This document shows, piece by piece, positions 24,353 to 38,072 of a DNA stretch of 64,000 nucleotides. This DNA comes from Octopus sinensis (Eukaryota), in assembly GCF_006345805.1 (NCBI RefSeq), contig NC_042997.1:212288001-212352000 (forward strand). Direction: 5' to 3'. A program made the translations under genes and the position numbers. Numbering within the stretch: the stretch's first letter is position 1; the number at the start of each line of letters is the position of its first letter. The notes under the pieces were generated by a model. That model saw nothing but the letters and a program-made list of their open reading frames with translations, searched no databases and was not told where the DNA came from.

Positions 24353-26914
24353 GATTAAATATTATAATATTAATAATCCTTTCTACTATTGGCACAAGGT
24401 CTGAAATGTTTTGGGGGTGGAGACAGGGCTGGTTGGTTACACTGACCCCAGTGCTTGACTTATTCTTGTTTCATTGACCCCTAAAGCATAAAAGGCAAAT
24501 CTGACCTTGGTAGAATTTGAACACAGAACATAACAGACTGAATGAAATGCCATCAAGCATTTTGTCCAGTGCAATAACAATTATGCTGGCTCAGCATCTT
24601 AAAATGATGATGCAGAGTAGTTAATCATCTTTTTTCATCTTCATCATTTAATGTCCACTTTCCTTGTTTGTATGGGTTGAGTGGTTTGACACGAAGCTGA
24701 CAAGTTAGGCTCCAATTGTCTGTCTTGGCCTGGGTTTCTGTGGCTGGATGCCCTTCTTAATGCCAATCACCATACAGAGTGGACTGGGTGCTTTGGTCTT
24801 CCAAATTCTAGTGTTTATGACTATTTCTTCAGAACCACTTAATGTGTTTTCTAAATTATTTTACACTATTTTGTTTCCTGTGGTCTTGGTTCAAATCCCA
24901 CTGGAGGCCTAGTTATTCCATAAAAGAATTACCAGTCAGGTACTGAGACTCACTATATTGATGACCCCGCTCCACCACCAAAAAAAAAATAAGGGTCTCC
25001 TGTTAAAATTAAAGTTTGACTAAATGTCTTGTATATAATTACATTCTAATGCTCCATTATTTCGGTTGATAAAATGAGTACCAGTGATGCACTGGTGTGT
25101 ATCTACTTGACCACACTCATTTGTAGCCGTGTACCAACATTAGAAATTATTTTCTGGTATACCACAACTGTGTTCTGTCTTGCCTCCCTAATTTCCTAGT
25201 TTGCTTTCAAATTTTTGTTTGTTTACCTTATGCTTCCATTATCATTAGCAGGGAAATATTTCACAACTTAATGTTTCTGCTACTTTAAATATTTTCTTCT
25301 GATATATAAAGCCATTCTGGACCTCTCTCCTCTCACATGTCCCTTCTCTTATGTCCATCTCTTATACATTCCCCACTTCTTGGCTGTCTGTTTCTCTCTA
25401 ATACAGGCTCCTCTCATGCATCTGTGTTAGTGTGTGTCCCCTTTAGATGCTTCCTCTCCTTTTTGTCCGAATGAAAACAAAACCTTTACAATCCTGAAAG
25501 CAATGTGATTTATTGGATTCTAATAAATCTGTCAGTTGTAGAAGAAAAAATAATCACTGTTCAATAATTGTTTCTTTATTTCTGATTGGAAATCTATTGA
25601 TTGATATTTTTGTGTCAATAGATTGACCATAAAAGTATTCTGCTCTTTCCTAACTCCAAAGGCTTATCATTCATTGATCAAGTGTCCTTCCATTGTGAAC
25701 CTGATTATCTCGAATCTGTTCTTCACTCTTGCTTACATTTACTAACTATATAACCTTGACACCAGAAACCTGTTCACTAACAGTTTCTTCCATTTGAAAT
25801 CCATAAAAAAATATTGGACAACTGCCTCTCAAAATGTTTACAAAAATTAACCAAAGTTTCCTCAGAGACTTATAAAGATTTCTTAAATGCTTCCTATTTA
25901 TCTATGTTTTCTTGATAAACTGTATCTATTTCTAAGTTTCCTTTACAAATTGTGTGCACGTGTGTGTGTGGTTGAGTAGGCAAACAATAGAAAAGGCCAC
26001 TCAACTCATTTTGTACGAGTTACACTTTATTTAAAACAGTTTGATTTGCTTCCATGCAACTTATAGTTTCGATGGCTTCTTACAGAAATCTAGTCAGGTT
26101 ACATAAAAGGCCTTCAGTGTTAAATCTTTTATATGACCTGGGTAGGCTTCCTCTACACGATGGGGTGCATTCGATTCCCTTGTGCCATTCCCCACTAACT
26201 AAGGAACCGTCCAGAAGTGAACTGAAACAATCATTGTGCTTAATAAAGCTTCCGGTACATTCCTTCCTTCTGTATCAATCCTTTAAAATATGCCAAACAT
26301 GCACCGAGGAATTTCTTACATAGATCCTGCGATAAAAGCGCAGTTGCTGCATATGATGCCTGCAAGCCATAAATGGTGAACGTGCTCTGCATGCACCCTT
26401 CTAGAGACATACCTGAAACAAGGTTTGGCTGCCCCCCTCCAAAACTTTAATTTTAAATATAACCTATCTATATGTATATAAAATTTTCTTTTACAGAGTT
26501 TTACTGATTGCTTTGTCTATATCTCTCTTATTAAGATAAGGAATTTGATTTCTATCATCGTCATCATTTACTTTGTCTTCCTTCTCCCTGTTGGTTTGGG
26601 CTGGACAAGATTTCTACAACTTGATGTCTTCTCTCTTTGCATCTGTTTCTTGTCTTCCATTGGTGTTTACCCGATGAAACCAGTGAAGCTGCCAAACTGC
26701 AGAACATTGGGAACCGTCAGCAGTTTTGTTGTTTTGCCCTCAGAATCAGTCACTGTAAAGACACTGAAACAAATGTTTGAACACACACACATGTAGTGTG
26801 TACAACTCAGACCATGTACACACTTACATATGCATAGCCTCTCTCTCTTATTCACACACGCACACCAGACATATGCACATGTACAACTTAGACCGTGTAC
26901 ACACATATGCATAG

Positions 26915-27127
26915 CTATTTCTTTATTACCCACAAGGGGCTAAACACAGAGGGGACAAACAAGGACAGACATAGGTATTAAGTCGATTACATCGACCCCA
27001 GTGCGTAACTGGTACTTAATTAATCAACCCCGAAAGGATAAGTCGACCTCGGCGGAATTTGAACTCAGAACGTAACGGCAGAGGAAATACGGCTACGCAA
27101 TTCGTCCGACGTGCTAACGTTTCTGCC
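26915..27127 (-). mobile_element. SINE family A
   Basis: CTATTTCTTTATTACCCACAAGGGGCTAAACAC...CGACCTCGGCGGAATTTGAACTC. Confidence 0.85.
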
Positions 27128-28389
27128 ATGCACGCACACACACACACACACACTTCCTCATCGTCAACTTGTGGCTGTGGAAAAAGATTCTTGCCCTGTG
27201 TACTGTCCTGTGACTGAACCTGGGACCATGAGATTAATAAGTAACTTTCACATCCCTTCATCTACATCAGACTATAAAGCATTTAATGTAATTAAGCTAG
27301 TGTATCTTTAGTTATAATTAGTTGTTGGGTTATCCTTATATTGAATAATCAATTAGTATATGAATTAGTATATGATTATCATCAATATCTGGTGGTACAA
27401 TAGAAACTACGAAGATTTTAATTGTCATTAATTGATTGTAGAGTTTTACTCATCAAGTCTTTATTGTCTATTAATGAGAGACCTCCAGTCACGTATTCAC
27501 TAGCAACTAGTTTCACCTGCTGCAGGTGAAACAGTCGAAGAATTGTTTTAAAATGATCAATTATCTGAGATTTTGTTTCCAGTCACCTTTACCCCAAAAA
27601 TAAATACCAGTAATACATTTCTAGCAATTCCTTCACAAGGGCTTAGTCACTGCATCTATTTCAATGACAAAATCCTTTGTTTTAAATTCCTTTAATACTG
27701 AATCTACATTTGGGGACAATACCTGGAAGCAAACTATATTATATTCCTTAGAGACATCAACTTTTAAATGGTGTTTTGCAAGGTTCCTACCCTAAGCCTT
27801 GGCTTCACACTTTCATTTCACTTCAGTGACACAATGTATTCTGCTGTTCACTAATGGAGTAACTTTAACTGCATCATTGAAACTAAAACATATTCTCTTA
27901 TTACTGTTGGTTCATCATGAAAAGCTTCATGTTATTGTTGCCAAGGACACGTCAGCCTGACCTAGTCTATCTCTTTCCACTCCATTGGTAATGGCTAGAT
28001 TTGCAGACATTATGCAAATGTCAAAACACATAACTTCAACAGTCTATTTCATTTATTTTTTTAAAACTTTTTTATGCTATGGCGTCCTCAGTTCATTTTA
28101 CACTCTCCTTCTTGTTCTATATGTCTTTCTCTGAAAATAACGATAAACCCTTTCTTATTCTCCCCCCCTCTCTCTCTCAATCCTTGTTGCAGTTATTTCT
28201 ATTTTGACACCTCATGTCTCCATCCATATCAATAGTAACTTTCTAAGTGTTTTAGTCTTACAACACTTTTACTAAATCTCCCTTTTCTACCTGTAGAACC
28301 ATTGTTGGTCGCATCCGTTGAAATCCCTTGAATTTTCACAAGTAAGGATAACGTGCTCTAAATGACCCAGGGTTAGAGACCCAGCAGGT

Positions 28390-28775
28390 GGGGGGAAGCA
28401 CTCCGTCGGTTACAACGACGAGGGTTCCGGTTTATCCGAATCAACGGAACAGCCTGCTCGTGAAATTAACGTGTAAGTGGCTGAGCACTCCACAGACACG
28501 TGTACCCTTAACGTAGTTCTCGGGGATATTCAGCGTGACACACAGTGACAAGGCCGGCCCCTTGAAATACAGGTATAACAGAAACAGGAAGTAAGAGTGA
28601 GAGAAAGTTGTGGTGAAAGAGTACAGCAGGGATCACCACCATTCCTGCCGGAGCCTCGTGGAGCTTTAGGTGTTTTCGCTCAATAAACACTCACAACGCC
28701 CGGTCTGGGAATCGAAACCGCGATCCTATGACCGCGAGTCCGCTGCCCTAACCATTGGGCCATTGCGCCCCCACT
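28390..28775 (-). mobile_element. SINE family B (tail variant 3), full length with 12-bp TSD
   Basis: GACCCAGCAGGT at 28378-28389 and 28776-28787; tRNA head with A and B boxes on the minus strand. Confidence 0.9.
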
Positions 28776-30172
28776 GACCCAGCAGGTATAGTCAAAGGGC
28801 TTTGATGACCTATCTACATTTTGCCAGGTTATGGGCTGCAGTGGATGCTACAGGTGAGAACTGGGTGCCAAGTCGAGATAAATGGTAGACGATTAGATCT
28901 CAAAAGAATACAACTGATGCTTTGATCAGAAGTATTGTTCCTTCCAGAATACCTTATACTTCCCTCTTGACTTCCAACAACTACTTATCTGTGTATTCCA
29001 CTTTGTGTTTCTGTTTTCTTTGAACTTCATGTGGCAAAATCCAGTTGTTATTGTTCAGGTCTCATTCTGTTGAATTCCTACCATTACTTGTATAAACTAG
29101 TGATTGTATTTCACTGCCATTGTTGAGCCAATGAGAGAGCATGCTTGTGGTCATTCAACTTGCTAGAAATAGCAACTAAATGCCCTGCTGTCTGAAATAA
29201 GGAAAGGACAGATTAGATAATGCCCACCTTCATACAACTCAAGAACATCAACTTATCCAATCATTTTGAAAATGAGCTTTTCATATGTTTGCAGGATAAA
29301 TGTTCCTTGCTTTGGTTGTGTTGTTTCTCGCTTTCTGTTATGCTCCAGGAATAAGGAATTAGCAGTGGATTATCTGAGAGAGGTGGAAGGGAAAGATTAA
29401 CAGGGAGGTGGGAGAAGTGGTGCTGCAAAATGACAAGAAGCAGAAGCTCGGCTCGTACAAATATGTAAAATAACCAACAGAAGACAAAATGAAACATGAA
29501 AGAAGATGGAGTGATGTTTAAATACAACACTCGATATTGATTATAGAAGTGAAGTAACAGGGAAACAATTGGACAGCAAAAATCTTGACGTGTTTGTTAA
29601 ATGGAAACTTAGTATTGATGCAATGGCATTTGTGACAGTTTTCTAAATTAGCTTACTGGATGTATGCTCCTACCACAGTCCAACGGATAAATATGTACAT
29701 ATACACCTATAAAACCACAGTTCACTGGATATATATATATATATATATATGTATATATCTAGTGAAACCCCCTCTCCACTGATAGATCTAAATAACAAAG
29801 TGAACTCAGTGATGAAAAATCTACAGAAGAACATAGTACCACCATGTTCTTAATGATGAAATTAACCTCTCTGTCTATACATCTACCCTCTTTGTAATGT
29901 TGGCAAATGAAATAAGTATAAATATATGCATTGTCTGTTTAATTATAAAATTCTATATGTGGCTGAAGATTGCCTGACATTTTAAAACTGATGTAATACT
30001 TAGTGTTTAATATAACGAAGTAGCATGAAATGATTGTACTACACTACCGTGGACATCCTTGTTGCTTATTTTAATTATAATCACCCCATTTGATTTATAT
30101 GGATAATACCATACCAAATTCTGGTGTCTTTAACTTAAGTACCATATTCATCTGAATCTAAATGTTGCTGAA

Positions 30173-30209
<37 letters not shown>

Positions 30210-30714
30210 AGATAAATAAAAATATATGCATACATACAAACATATATGTACGTACCTACATCTACATGTATATATACATGCATATATAAATAATTATACG
30301 GGAGTACAGGACATCACAAAAAGACGTAGAAACGGAAAAAGCCAAAAAACAAAAAACAAGAAAACGGAAAACGAAAAACAAGAAAACGAAAAACAAATAC
30401 AGGACGAGCTACACAAGGACAAAACCCCCGTCATCAGCTGTCGCTAGAGGAGTCAGGCATGTTTCGAAGGCATAACAGAACACTAATCCAATAGGCCTTC
30501 CTGCGAGAGAATTAAAATAAAATTCCAAGCAGCGGGGCAAAATGAGTACGAACACAAACAAGACGTAACAATAAGACTGCAAAATTAAAATACATGTACA
30601 AAAACAAACACAAAAGGACGAACGAAAAAGCCTTTTTTCTGGCATAGACAAACGATAAAACTGCAAAAATAAAAATACATGTACAAAAATACACACACAC
30701 AAACACTCCTACAA

Positions 30715-31065
30715 CACTACAGTCTACTGGATGGATACTCTTGAAATGCTACACTTTGCTGGACACTGCTACAGCTTACTGGATGATCTCATACTACAGT
30801 CTATTGGATATTCCTAAAATACTGCAGTCTACTGGATAAATACTCTTGTAATACTAGTGTTACAGGAGTATTTATGTAATACAATGTGCAGCTAACTGGA
30901 TACTCCTTTAGTAAAACAGTGGATAAATACTTTTTACGATGTTATGCGTTGCTGGAGGAATTTTCCTGAAATTACTCCTTACTGATAAATACTTCAATAG
31001 TTGGATAAAATACTCCTATAATATCACATGATATGGATAAATACTCCTGTAATACTCCAGACTAT
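30715..31065. repeat. Old degenerate ~30-bp minisatellite
   Basis: Recurrent CTACTGGATAAATACTC(C/T)TGTAAT-like units; one inverted unit forms a 16-bp hairpin at 30836-30875. Confidence 0.6.
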
Positions 31066-31146
31066 GGTGTGAGTTGGTGAAGTGTTAGATCATTAGACAC
31101 AAACTAGTTGTTCTATCTGCATTTTGAGTTCAAATTCTGCTCATAT

Positions 31147-31376
31147 CTATTTCTTTGCTGCCCACAAGGGGCTAAACACAGAAGGGACAAACAAGGACAG
31201 ACAAAGGGATTAAGTCGATTACATCGGCCCCACTGCGCAACTGGTACTTTATTTATCAACCCCGAAACGATGAAAGGCAAAGTCAACCTCGGCGAAATTT
31301 GAACTCAGAACATAGCAGCAGACGAAATACGACTAAGCATTTCGCCCGGTGTGCTAACGTTTCTGCCAGCTTGCCG
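31147..31376 (-). mobile_element. SINE family A
   Basis: Reverse complement of the family consensus, ending CTGCCAGCTTGCCGC. Confidence 0.85.
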
Positions 31377-32247
31377 CATGTAAGCATTTAACTGATCATT
31401 TTTACATGTTTTGGCCGTCACAGTGACAAGGGAGTGTCTGTAAGTTGGTGCAGAACGAATATCAACATTTTGAAAAGCACTGGTTTTCTTTCTTGCGTTC
31501 ACACATACACAAGTCAGACTTTCACAGTTTCCCCCTCCCAAATTCCACTCACCAGGCATTGGTTAAGTGGTGCTGTGCTGTGAGATTGAAACCACAATCC
31601 TGTGCTTCCAAAACGAGCATTTTTAAGCACACAGCTCGGTCCTCCACCCCAATATTTCACAACAGATTTATTATGTTGGAGAAAATTTAATTATTTGTGG
31701 AAACAAATATCTTTCGTCTGTTAAAAGTTAACTGTTTTAGTTTGCTGACTTAAATAACAACTGAACTTCTTCTCCTAAGGTCACCTGTTTTAAGGTCACC
31801 TTGTCTGTTAAATAACCTTACTATGACATAAAATATATTGATTACTTTGGTGTAGAAACTGAATTCATTTCATTCACCTCAAATTGTTTCAATTCATTTA
31901 TATTTACAACTTCTAATACAGATTTATTTAATCATCATCATAATTTCACTATGTTTTCAATAATTTCTTTGAAATACCTGCAAATATTAATTGCTCCTAT
32001 CACTAATTAGGCCATGTTTAATGCTACACCTTGAGTTTCTTGTTTGAAGTCTTTGCCTCATGCAAATGTCAGCTTGTTTTAATATTAATACTTTCCAAAA
32101 GTATACTCTGGCTAAATTAATGTTTTTCTCGTTATCTTCTAATCTGTAAACTAATCAACAATTATGACTTAAAAATCTACATTTTACCAAATACATCAAA
32201 TTTGTACATTATCATCATCATCAACATCATTTAATATCCACTTTGGA

Positions 32248-32626
32248 GAAGGTGTGGCTGTGGGGGTAAGAGGTTTGCTTCTCAACCACATGGTTTCAGG
32301 TTCAAGTCCCACTGTGTGGCACCTTGGGCAAGTGTTTTTCTACTATAGCCTTGAGCCAACCGATGCCTTGTGAGTGGACTTGGAAGATGGAATCTGAAAG
32401 AAGCCTGTGCGTGTGTGTATGTGTGCATGTTTCTACCGCCCCCCACTGCTTGACAACCAATGTTTGTGTGTTTAAGACCCCTTAACTTAGCAGTTTAACA
32501 AAAGAGACTGAGAGAATAAGTACCAGGCTTCAAAATAGAACAATTACTTGGGGTTTATTCATTTCACTTAAAAAGATTCTTCGAGGCAGTGCCCCAGCAT
32601 GGCCACAATCCAACGACTGAAACAAG
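32248..32626 (+). mobile_element. SINE family C, decayed
   Basis: GTGGCTGTG...CAACCACATGG...ACCTTGGGCAAGTG...GCCCCAGCATGGCC. Confidence 0.8.
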
Positions 32627-32939
32627 GAGAAAAAAATGCATTAAAAAAATTAGTCCAAGTGTTTTTTTTTTCTTTTTTTGTTTGAGAATGGAATTTTATA
32701 ACTTAATATTCCATTTTTTATAATTTTCATTAATTTACATTCCAAAATATTTAATTTATTATATGCTGTGAAGGAAAGCCTTGTTGGCTGTGCTGTAATA
32801 TGTAGGGTCAAACTACTCTGTTTAACCTTCGACCTTCTTGATTAAGTACACACCCTTCCCCTCCTCCATGTTTCTCTGGAGCATGGACTTGATGCCCTTG
32901 TCTCATGATCTTACATGTTGCAACAGCCAGTTCTGTTCC

Positions 32940-33168
32940 TTAACCCTTTCGTTACTGTATTTATTTTGAGATGCTCTGTATTTCTTTCAATTACTTTTAA
33001 ATATAACAAAGAATTTAGTAAAATAACTTAGTTATCATTAAGCTGGTGTTAGGAACATAAATTGTGACTAAGGTTTGGTGGAAGATTTTCATTCAAAACT
33101 TATGAAAACAAGATATTTGGACTCAGAGCCAGAGCTGGTTTCAGCCGGGTTGGTAACGAAAGGGTTAA
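32940..33168. mobile_element. piggyBac-type MITE, copy 3
   Basis: TTAACCCTTTCGTTAC...GTAACGAAAGGGTTAA. Confidence 0.88.
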
Positions 33169-33979
33169 CAGGAAAAACTGATCTGTCATTTTGTGGGCCA
33201 AGGTGGTGTAGGTTGACAAAATTCACTTTATACTTAAACTTTCACTCTGAAAGGTGCTGTCTGTTGCAAGTAGACTCTCACCTGAATATCAACAATATTT
33301 ATAATCCAGATACTCCCCGCCCCCGTGTCTCTAAACCCCTTGAATCACCTGCAGTTCTTGAAAGTTTTTGTCTTTAATCACTTCAATGCTGACAACTTCT
33401 TTCGGCTCTCACACTCCTCCCCATAAATAATGCCATTGATGCAGAATCAAAATCTTTTGTCTTCGTTAACTTGTTTCATCCCCCTACACCCCCACCCCCC
33501 AATTGCTCTCTCTCTCTCTCTCTCACCTCCAAACTCCACTTCTGCCAGACTGTTTATTAACTCTCTGCACCAATTGGTTTGTCTGACTACTTTCAGCCCC
33601 CCCCACACACACACACCCCTCCCTCCCACCCACTACAACAATGTTTCCTCACCCACCACCTCACTCCCCTCCCTCCCTCCCACTCAGACACTATGGCACT
33701 TGAAGTCAGCAGATTGGTTTTGGAACTTGAAACTTGGCCAGTTTTATGCTAATTTATCCCTGCCAATAAATATACTTCACTCCTGACCCACTGGAAACAA
33801 TTGTCAGCTGACTGAAACCATCCACTGAAGCTAGTGGCTGTGTAGAACCCCCCCACCCACCCCACACACAAAAAACTCACTGCCTTCACCCCCCCCCAAT
33901 CTCCTCACTGCCAGGGGTGGGTGGGTGTTACTCATAGTTGCACTATTGCCAATGAAATGAAAATATAAGCTCTATAACG

Positions 33980-34730
33980 CCTGAAGAAACCCTAACCCAG
34001 AAAAAAACCAGGTCTACAACTCATATCCAAACTACAAAGGATACCTTTGTGTATCATACAATCCTTATGTTATTCCTCATTCTCGACTGCAACTTATCCT
34101 TCTGGTTCCTTACCAAAAGAATCTCTACCAATTTTGAACAATCCTTTTTTTCCTTCTTTCTGCTTTACGACTAGGAATGTTCTGTGAGCAGGATCTTTGC
34201 AGAGAAAACTTCACCCTTCACTGCTTACTTTGCATCTAATTCTATGCTACACTTAAAAAAATCTACTCCTGAATCTACCCTAAATTTTCCACCCAACTAA
34301 CTTCCCCACTTTGCTTGCCCTCATGCTAAGTGTGAATGTCCCTCTGATGGCTTCAAACAAAACAGGGCCACCAATGCTGAGCATGTCCTTCCACACAGAA
34401 CCTTCAGACATTGCACATCAGATCTATTCCCTATACTCACCAAACACTCTACAGGTGTATTCCTGTAGAGGAGAGACAGATACTTGGAAACATAACAGGT
34501 TGTTCCCCTTCTCAAGAAGGGGAACCCCTGTGACCCTGCTAATTATCATCCTATCACACTCACTTCCAATATCAGAAACCTAATAGAAATGATTATTACC
34601 AATCATGTTGCCTTTCCATCATGACCATCACTACAGCTTTTGTAAAAGAAGATCTTTTGATGACCTACTTTGCCATGTTACCTTCTAGTGTGGAGTCTCC
34701 TCTGAGAAGCTTGGTGAAAGCAGTGGTTAC
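33980..34730 (+). pseudogene. CR1/L2-group LINE ORF2 relic (linker and start of RT)
   Basis: FWFLTKRISTNFEQSFFP, then VVPLLKKGNPCDPANYHPITLTS (from 34499), then HYSFCKRRSFDDLL; multiple stops and frameshifts. Confidence 0.8.
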
Positions 34731-35924
34731 TGAGGCTAGAAGATGGGACAGTGCTCATAGCTTTTGCAGGGTCATGGAAAATGTTAATGGTCCCCTGTAA
34801 ACTATTGACACCTGCAGCAAAGATATGAGCAAGAAGACCATTCTAGAGAATCTATGTTCTGGGGCCGAAAGCCTGGTCATTGTTGTAGTTAATGAAGGCC
34901 TTGCAGGGTTGGATGAGAAAAGTGATGCGAGTCCCTGAGTGCCCTTCTTATGCCACCTCTACTCAGTGGAGATGGCATCAGAACTTGACAACCTTGGTGG
35001 TGCTTTGAAAGATTGAACCCCAATGCACACTGTAAAGTGGTTGGGAAATGAGTGGAGAAAATGCAGTGCTGTGAGATGCCTTTACTGTTGTGTGTTGCCG
35101 AGAGATGATCAACCTGTCAAGTGTTGGTGCCACAAAAGATCCACTCTGTAAAGTGATTTTTGATAGGAAGTACATCCAGCCACAGAAAATAAGTCAAATG
35201 ACATTTTTGTGCACCAGTCTGTTCATGGCATTGCTTGTGATGATATGACTAATCCATATCAACATGGAAAGCAGATATAAAATGATGAGGATGATACACA
35301 CACGTGTTGGGATATATGGTCAAACAGACTGCAATGAGGCTGTGCTGGCAAGACCTATGTAGTAAAAGTCGATAAGAAAAGGTCCAGCGAACTTGTTGTG
35401 GGGACTGGAAAATCCAATGTTTTGGACACAGTTCTTCTTCAGGGAAAAAGTGGAAAGGAAAGACATTAACGAGATGGCAGAGTTTTGCATTCTCTGAGTT
35501 AAAAGAAAAAAAAAACTTACTGCAGGTCGGTGTGTGTGTGTGTGTGTGTGAATAAAGGATATGTGCAGTTTTTGTCAGGGGGACTTAAACTAATAGTTGT
35601 GTGCTCTGAGTGCTCAAATTAGTATGCCACTAAAGTACCAGTTTGAACTGCAGTTGAGAATGTGATTTTGTGACTGCTCTTTCAGAAGCAGCTGGAAGTA
35701 GCTTCCCTTTGAGTTGGGAAGCATAAATTAATGCAGAAAAAAGAAAAGGCAAACCGTTTGGCAAGACTTGATAAGAACGTTTGATCGTCTCTGACAGCTG
35801 TTTCTAGGATATCCCTGCTATTGGTGCCATCATGTTGAGCAAAAGATTCCAAATGCTCAGTGTTCTGTCTTTGGAGCAAACTGTTTACCTTTTCTTTTTT
35901 TGCTTTAATCTATCTGCCTATAAA

Positions 35925-35986
<62 letters not shown>

Positions 35987-36554
35987 ATGTGTGTGTGTGC
36001 AGGCATAGCTGTGTGTGGTAAAGAAGCTTACTTCCCAACCACATGATTGTGGGTTCAGTCTCACGGTGTGGAACCTTGTACAAGTGTCTTCTACTGTAAT
36101 ATGTCTGTTGGATCAAAACTAATCTAGTTTATCCAAAACCTAAACTCCATCATTCCGTAAAACACTTTCCAGGTGTTGTTTATATTCTTTATCAATATTT
36201 GTACAAATTTACTGTTTTGCTTATTATTGCAAGAAAATTGCTTTTTTTTTTGTTTTTTAAAGAAATAATTGTTTTAATTGTGACTGAGTAATATTGCTAA
36301 TGTTTGTGGTTTGAATGTTTTGTGAGGAAGAGAACCAATCAATTCTTGGAACAAGTTGATATGACTTTTAATTGAATTTACAGAATGGAGTGAATGGCAT
36401 CTTTCCAAGGATGAATAAAATTTTGTTTGTTTGTTGTTATTTAGTCTAGATTGGAATAGATATGTTTTGGGCAATGTCAAATCTGCAGAAGTAAAGTGAA
36501 TAAAAGAAAGAAATACAAGCTAACAGGGAGAATGTAATTCTTCCAGCTAGTGGA

Positions 36555-36988
36555 GCGCTCAGAGTACCATACGAGCATCATCGTTGCCAAAGCAACGAGC
36601 TGGCCTTCATGCCGATGGCACATTAAACACACCATTCGAGCATGATCGTTGCCGCTTCACCTTTCTAGCACTTGTGCTGGTGGCACGTGAAACGTTTGAG
36701 CGAGGTCGTCACCAGTGCCGCTGGACTGGCTCCTGTGCAGGTGGCACATAAAAAACACCATTTGGGCATGGCTGTTGCCAGTACTACCACACTGGCCCTC
36801 ATGCCGGTGGCACGTAAAAGCACCCACTACACTCTCAGAGTGGTTGGCATTAGGAATGGCATCCAGCTATAGAAACTCTGCCAGATCATTTTGGAGCCTG
36901 GTGCAGCCATCTGGTTCGTCAGTCCTCAGTCAAACTATCCAACCCATGCTAGCATGGAAAGCGGACGTTAAATGATGATGATGATGAT
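36555..36988 (+). mobile_element. RTE-like 3'-end element with (GAT)n tail
   Basis: AAAAGCACCCACTACACTC...GGCATCCAGCTATAGAAAC...GCGGACGTTAAATGATGATG. Confidence 0.8.
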
Positions 36989-37842
36989 ATATTTTGTTGT
37001 GTGTGTGATGTGGAGGTGGGTTGTGTGTGGGTGTGTGCAAGTATTGTGATGTCAGAGTATAACAAATTGATGAATTGGGGTTTGTAGTGTACTTTCTGAT
37101 TTCAAGTCTTGAAAATTGTGTGATTGTGGCTGGTGAAACTGTTAGAACCTGATGAAGCCCTCCACTTCCTGCTCAACGGCAGATCTTTCTTCATAGCAAA
37201 CAGCTTATAAACCACTTTATCCAGTTCCTTTTGCTGGCCTCTTACTTCTGATTCTGTTGGTTTACCAAGAAGAGTTGTTTCTCTTCCAGACACATAGTTT
37301 GCTAGAAGTAGCAGCCATGTATCTGCTATTGCACCTTTTTAATAAAGAAAGGATATAGATACTGTACTCCTATATTCAGCAGATCTGAATTAAGGTTGGG
37401 GTGGTCAACACTGGAGTGTCTACTTAGTCAGAATTGATATGTAGTCAAAGGACAACAGCAATACTAATAATCTGTGTCTGTTCCTGGTATTATAAGATTT
37501 ATCTCTGTGTCTCTATTTGTTGATGGGGATTATGGCAATGTGCAGCTTATTGGAGTCTCAAACAAATGATTCCGTTTCCATTGATTACCTTCAAACCTAC
37601 TTTTTTTCGTGTCAGCTTGTGTTAATTACTATTTGATTTATACAGCTGATCGTTATTCATTTTTCACATATATATTAGATACATTGTACACTTTACACAC
37701 CTGTGCACATATAAATATGAACGTGTCCTTTAAGTCCACATTTGGCAGCGTCATCTGGACTACATCTTCTACTAAAGTTTGCAAGTTAAACACAAATTAT
37801 TTTCAAGTTTAAACTTAAACTTTTTGTTAACAATTAAACCGG

Positions 37843-38072
37843 AAGCACCCACCGATCGTGGCCATTGCCAGCCTTGCCTGGCACCTGTGCGGGTGGCACG
37901 TAAAAAGCACCCACTACACTCACGGAGTGGCTGGCATTAGGAAGGGCATCCAGCTGTAGAAACACTGCCAGATCAGACTGGAGCCTGGTGCAGCCTCCTG
38001 GCTTCTCAGACCCCGGTCGAACTGTCCAACCCATGCTAGCATGGAAAACGGATGTTAAACGATGATGATGAT
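37843..38072 (+). mobile_element. RTE-like 3'-end element with (GAT)n tail
   Basis: Same conserved blocks and tail as the other copies. Confidence 0.85.

Noticed and set aside
26030-26420. Minus-strand terminal exon or 57-aa ORF (MSLEGCMQ...) or Tc1 relic
   Set aside because: An acceptor and AATAAA are present, but neither a gene nor a transposase match is convincing by eye.
27480-28050. Second hAT-like transposase relic on the minus strand
   Set aside because: Only a vague resemblance (VLSP...FVIEID) with many stops.
37148-37190. CTGATGAAGCC...GGC as a hammerhead
   Set aside because: No GAAA after the putative stem II and no stem I or III.
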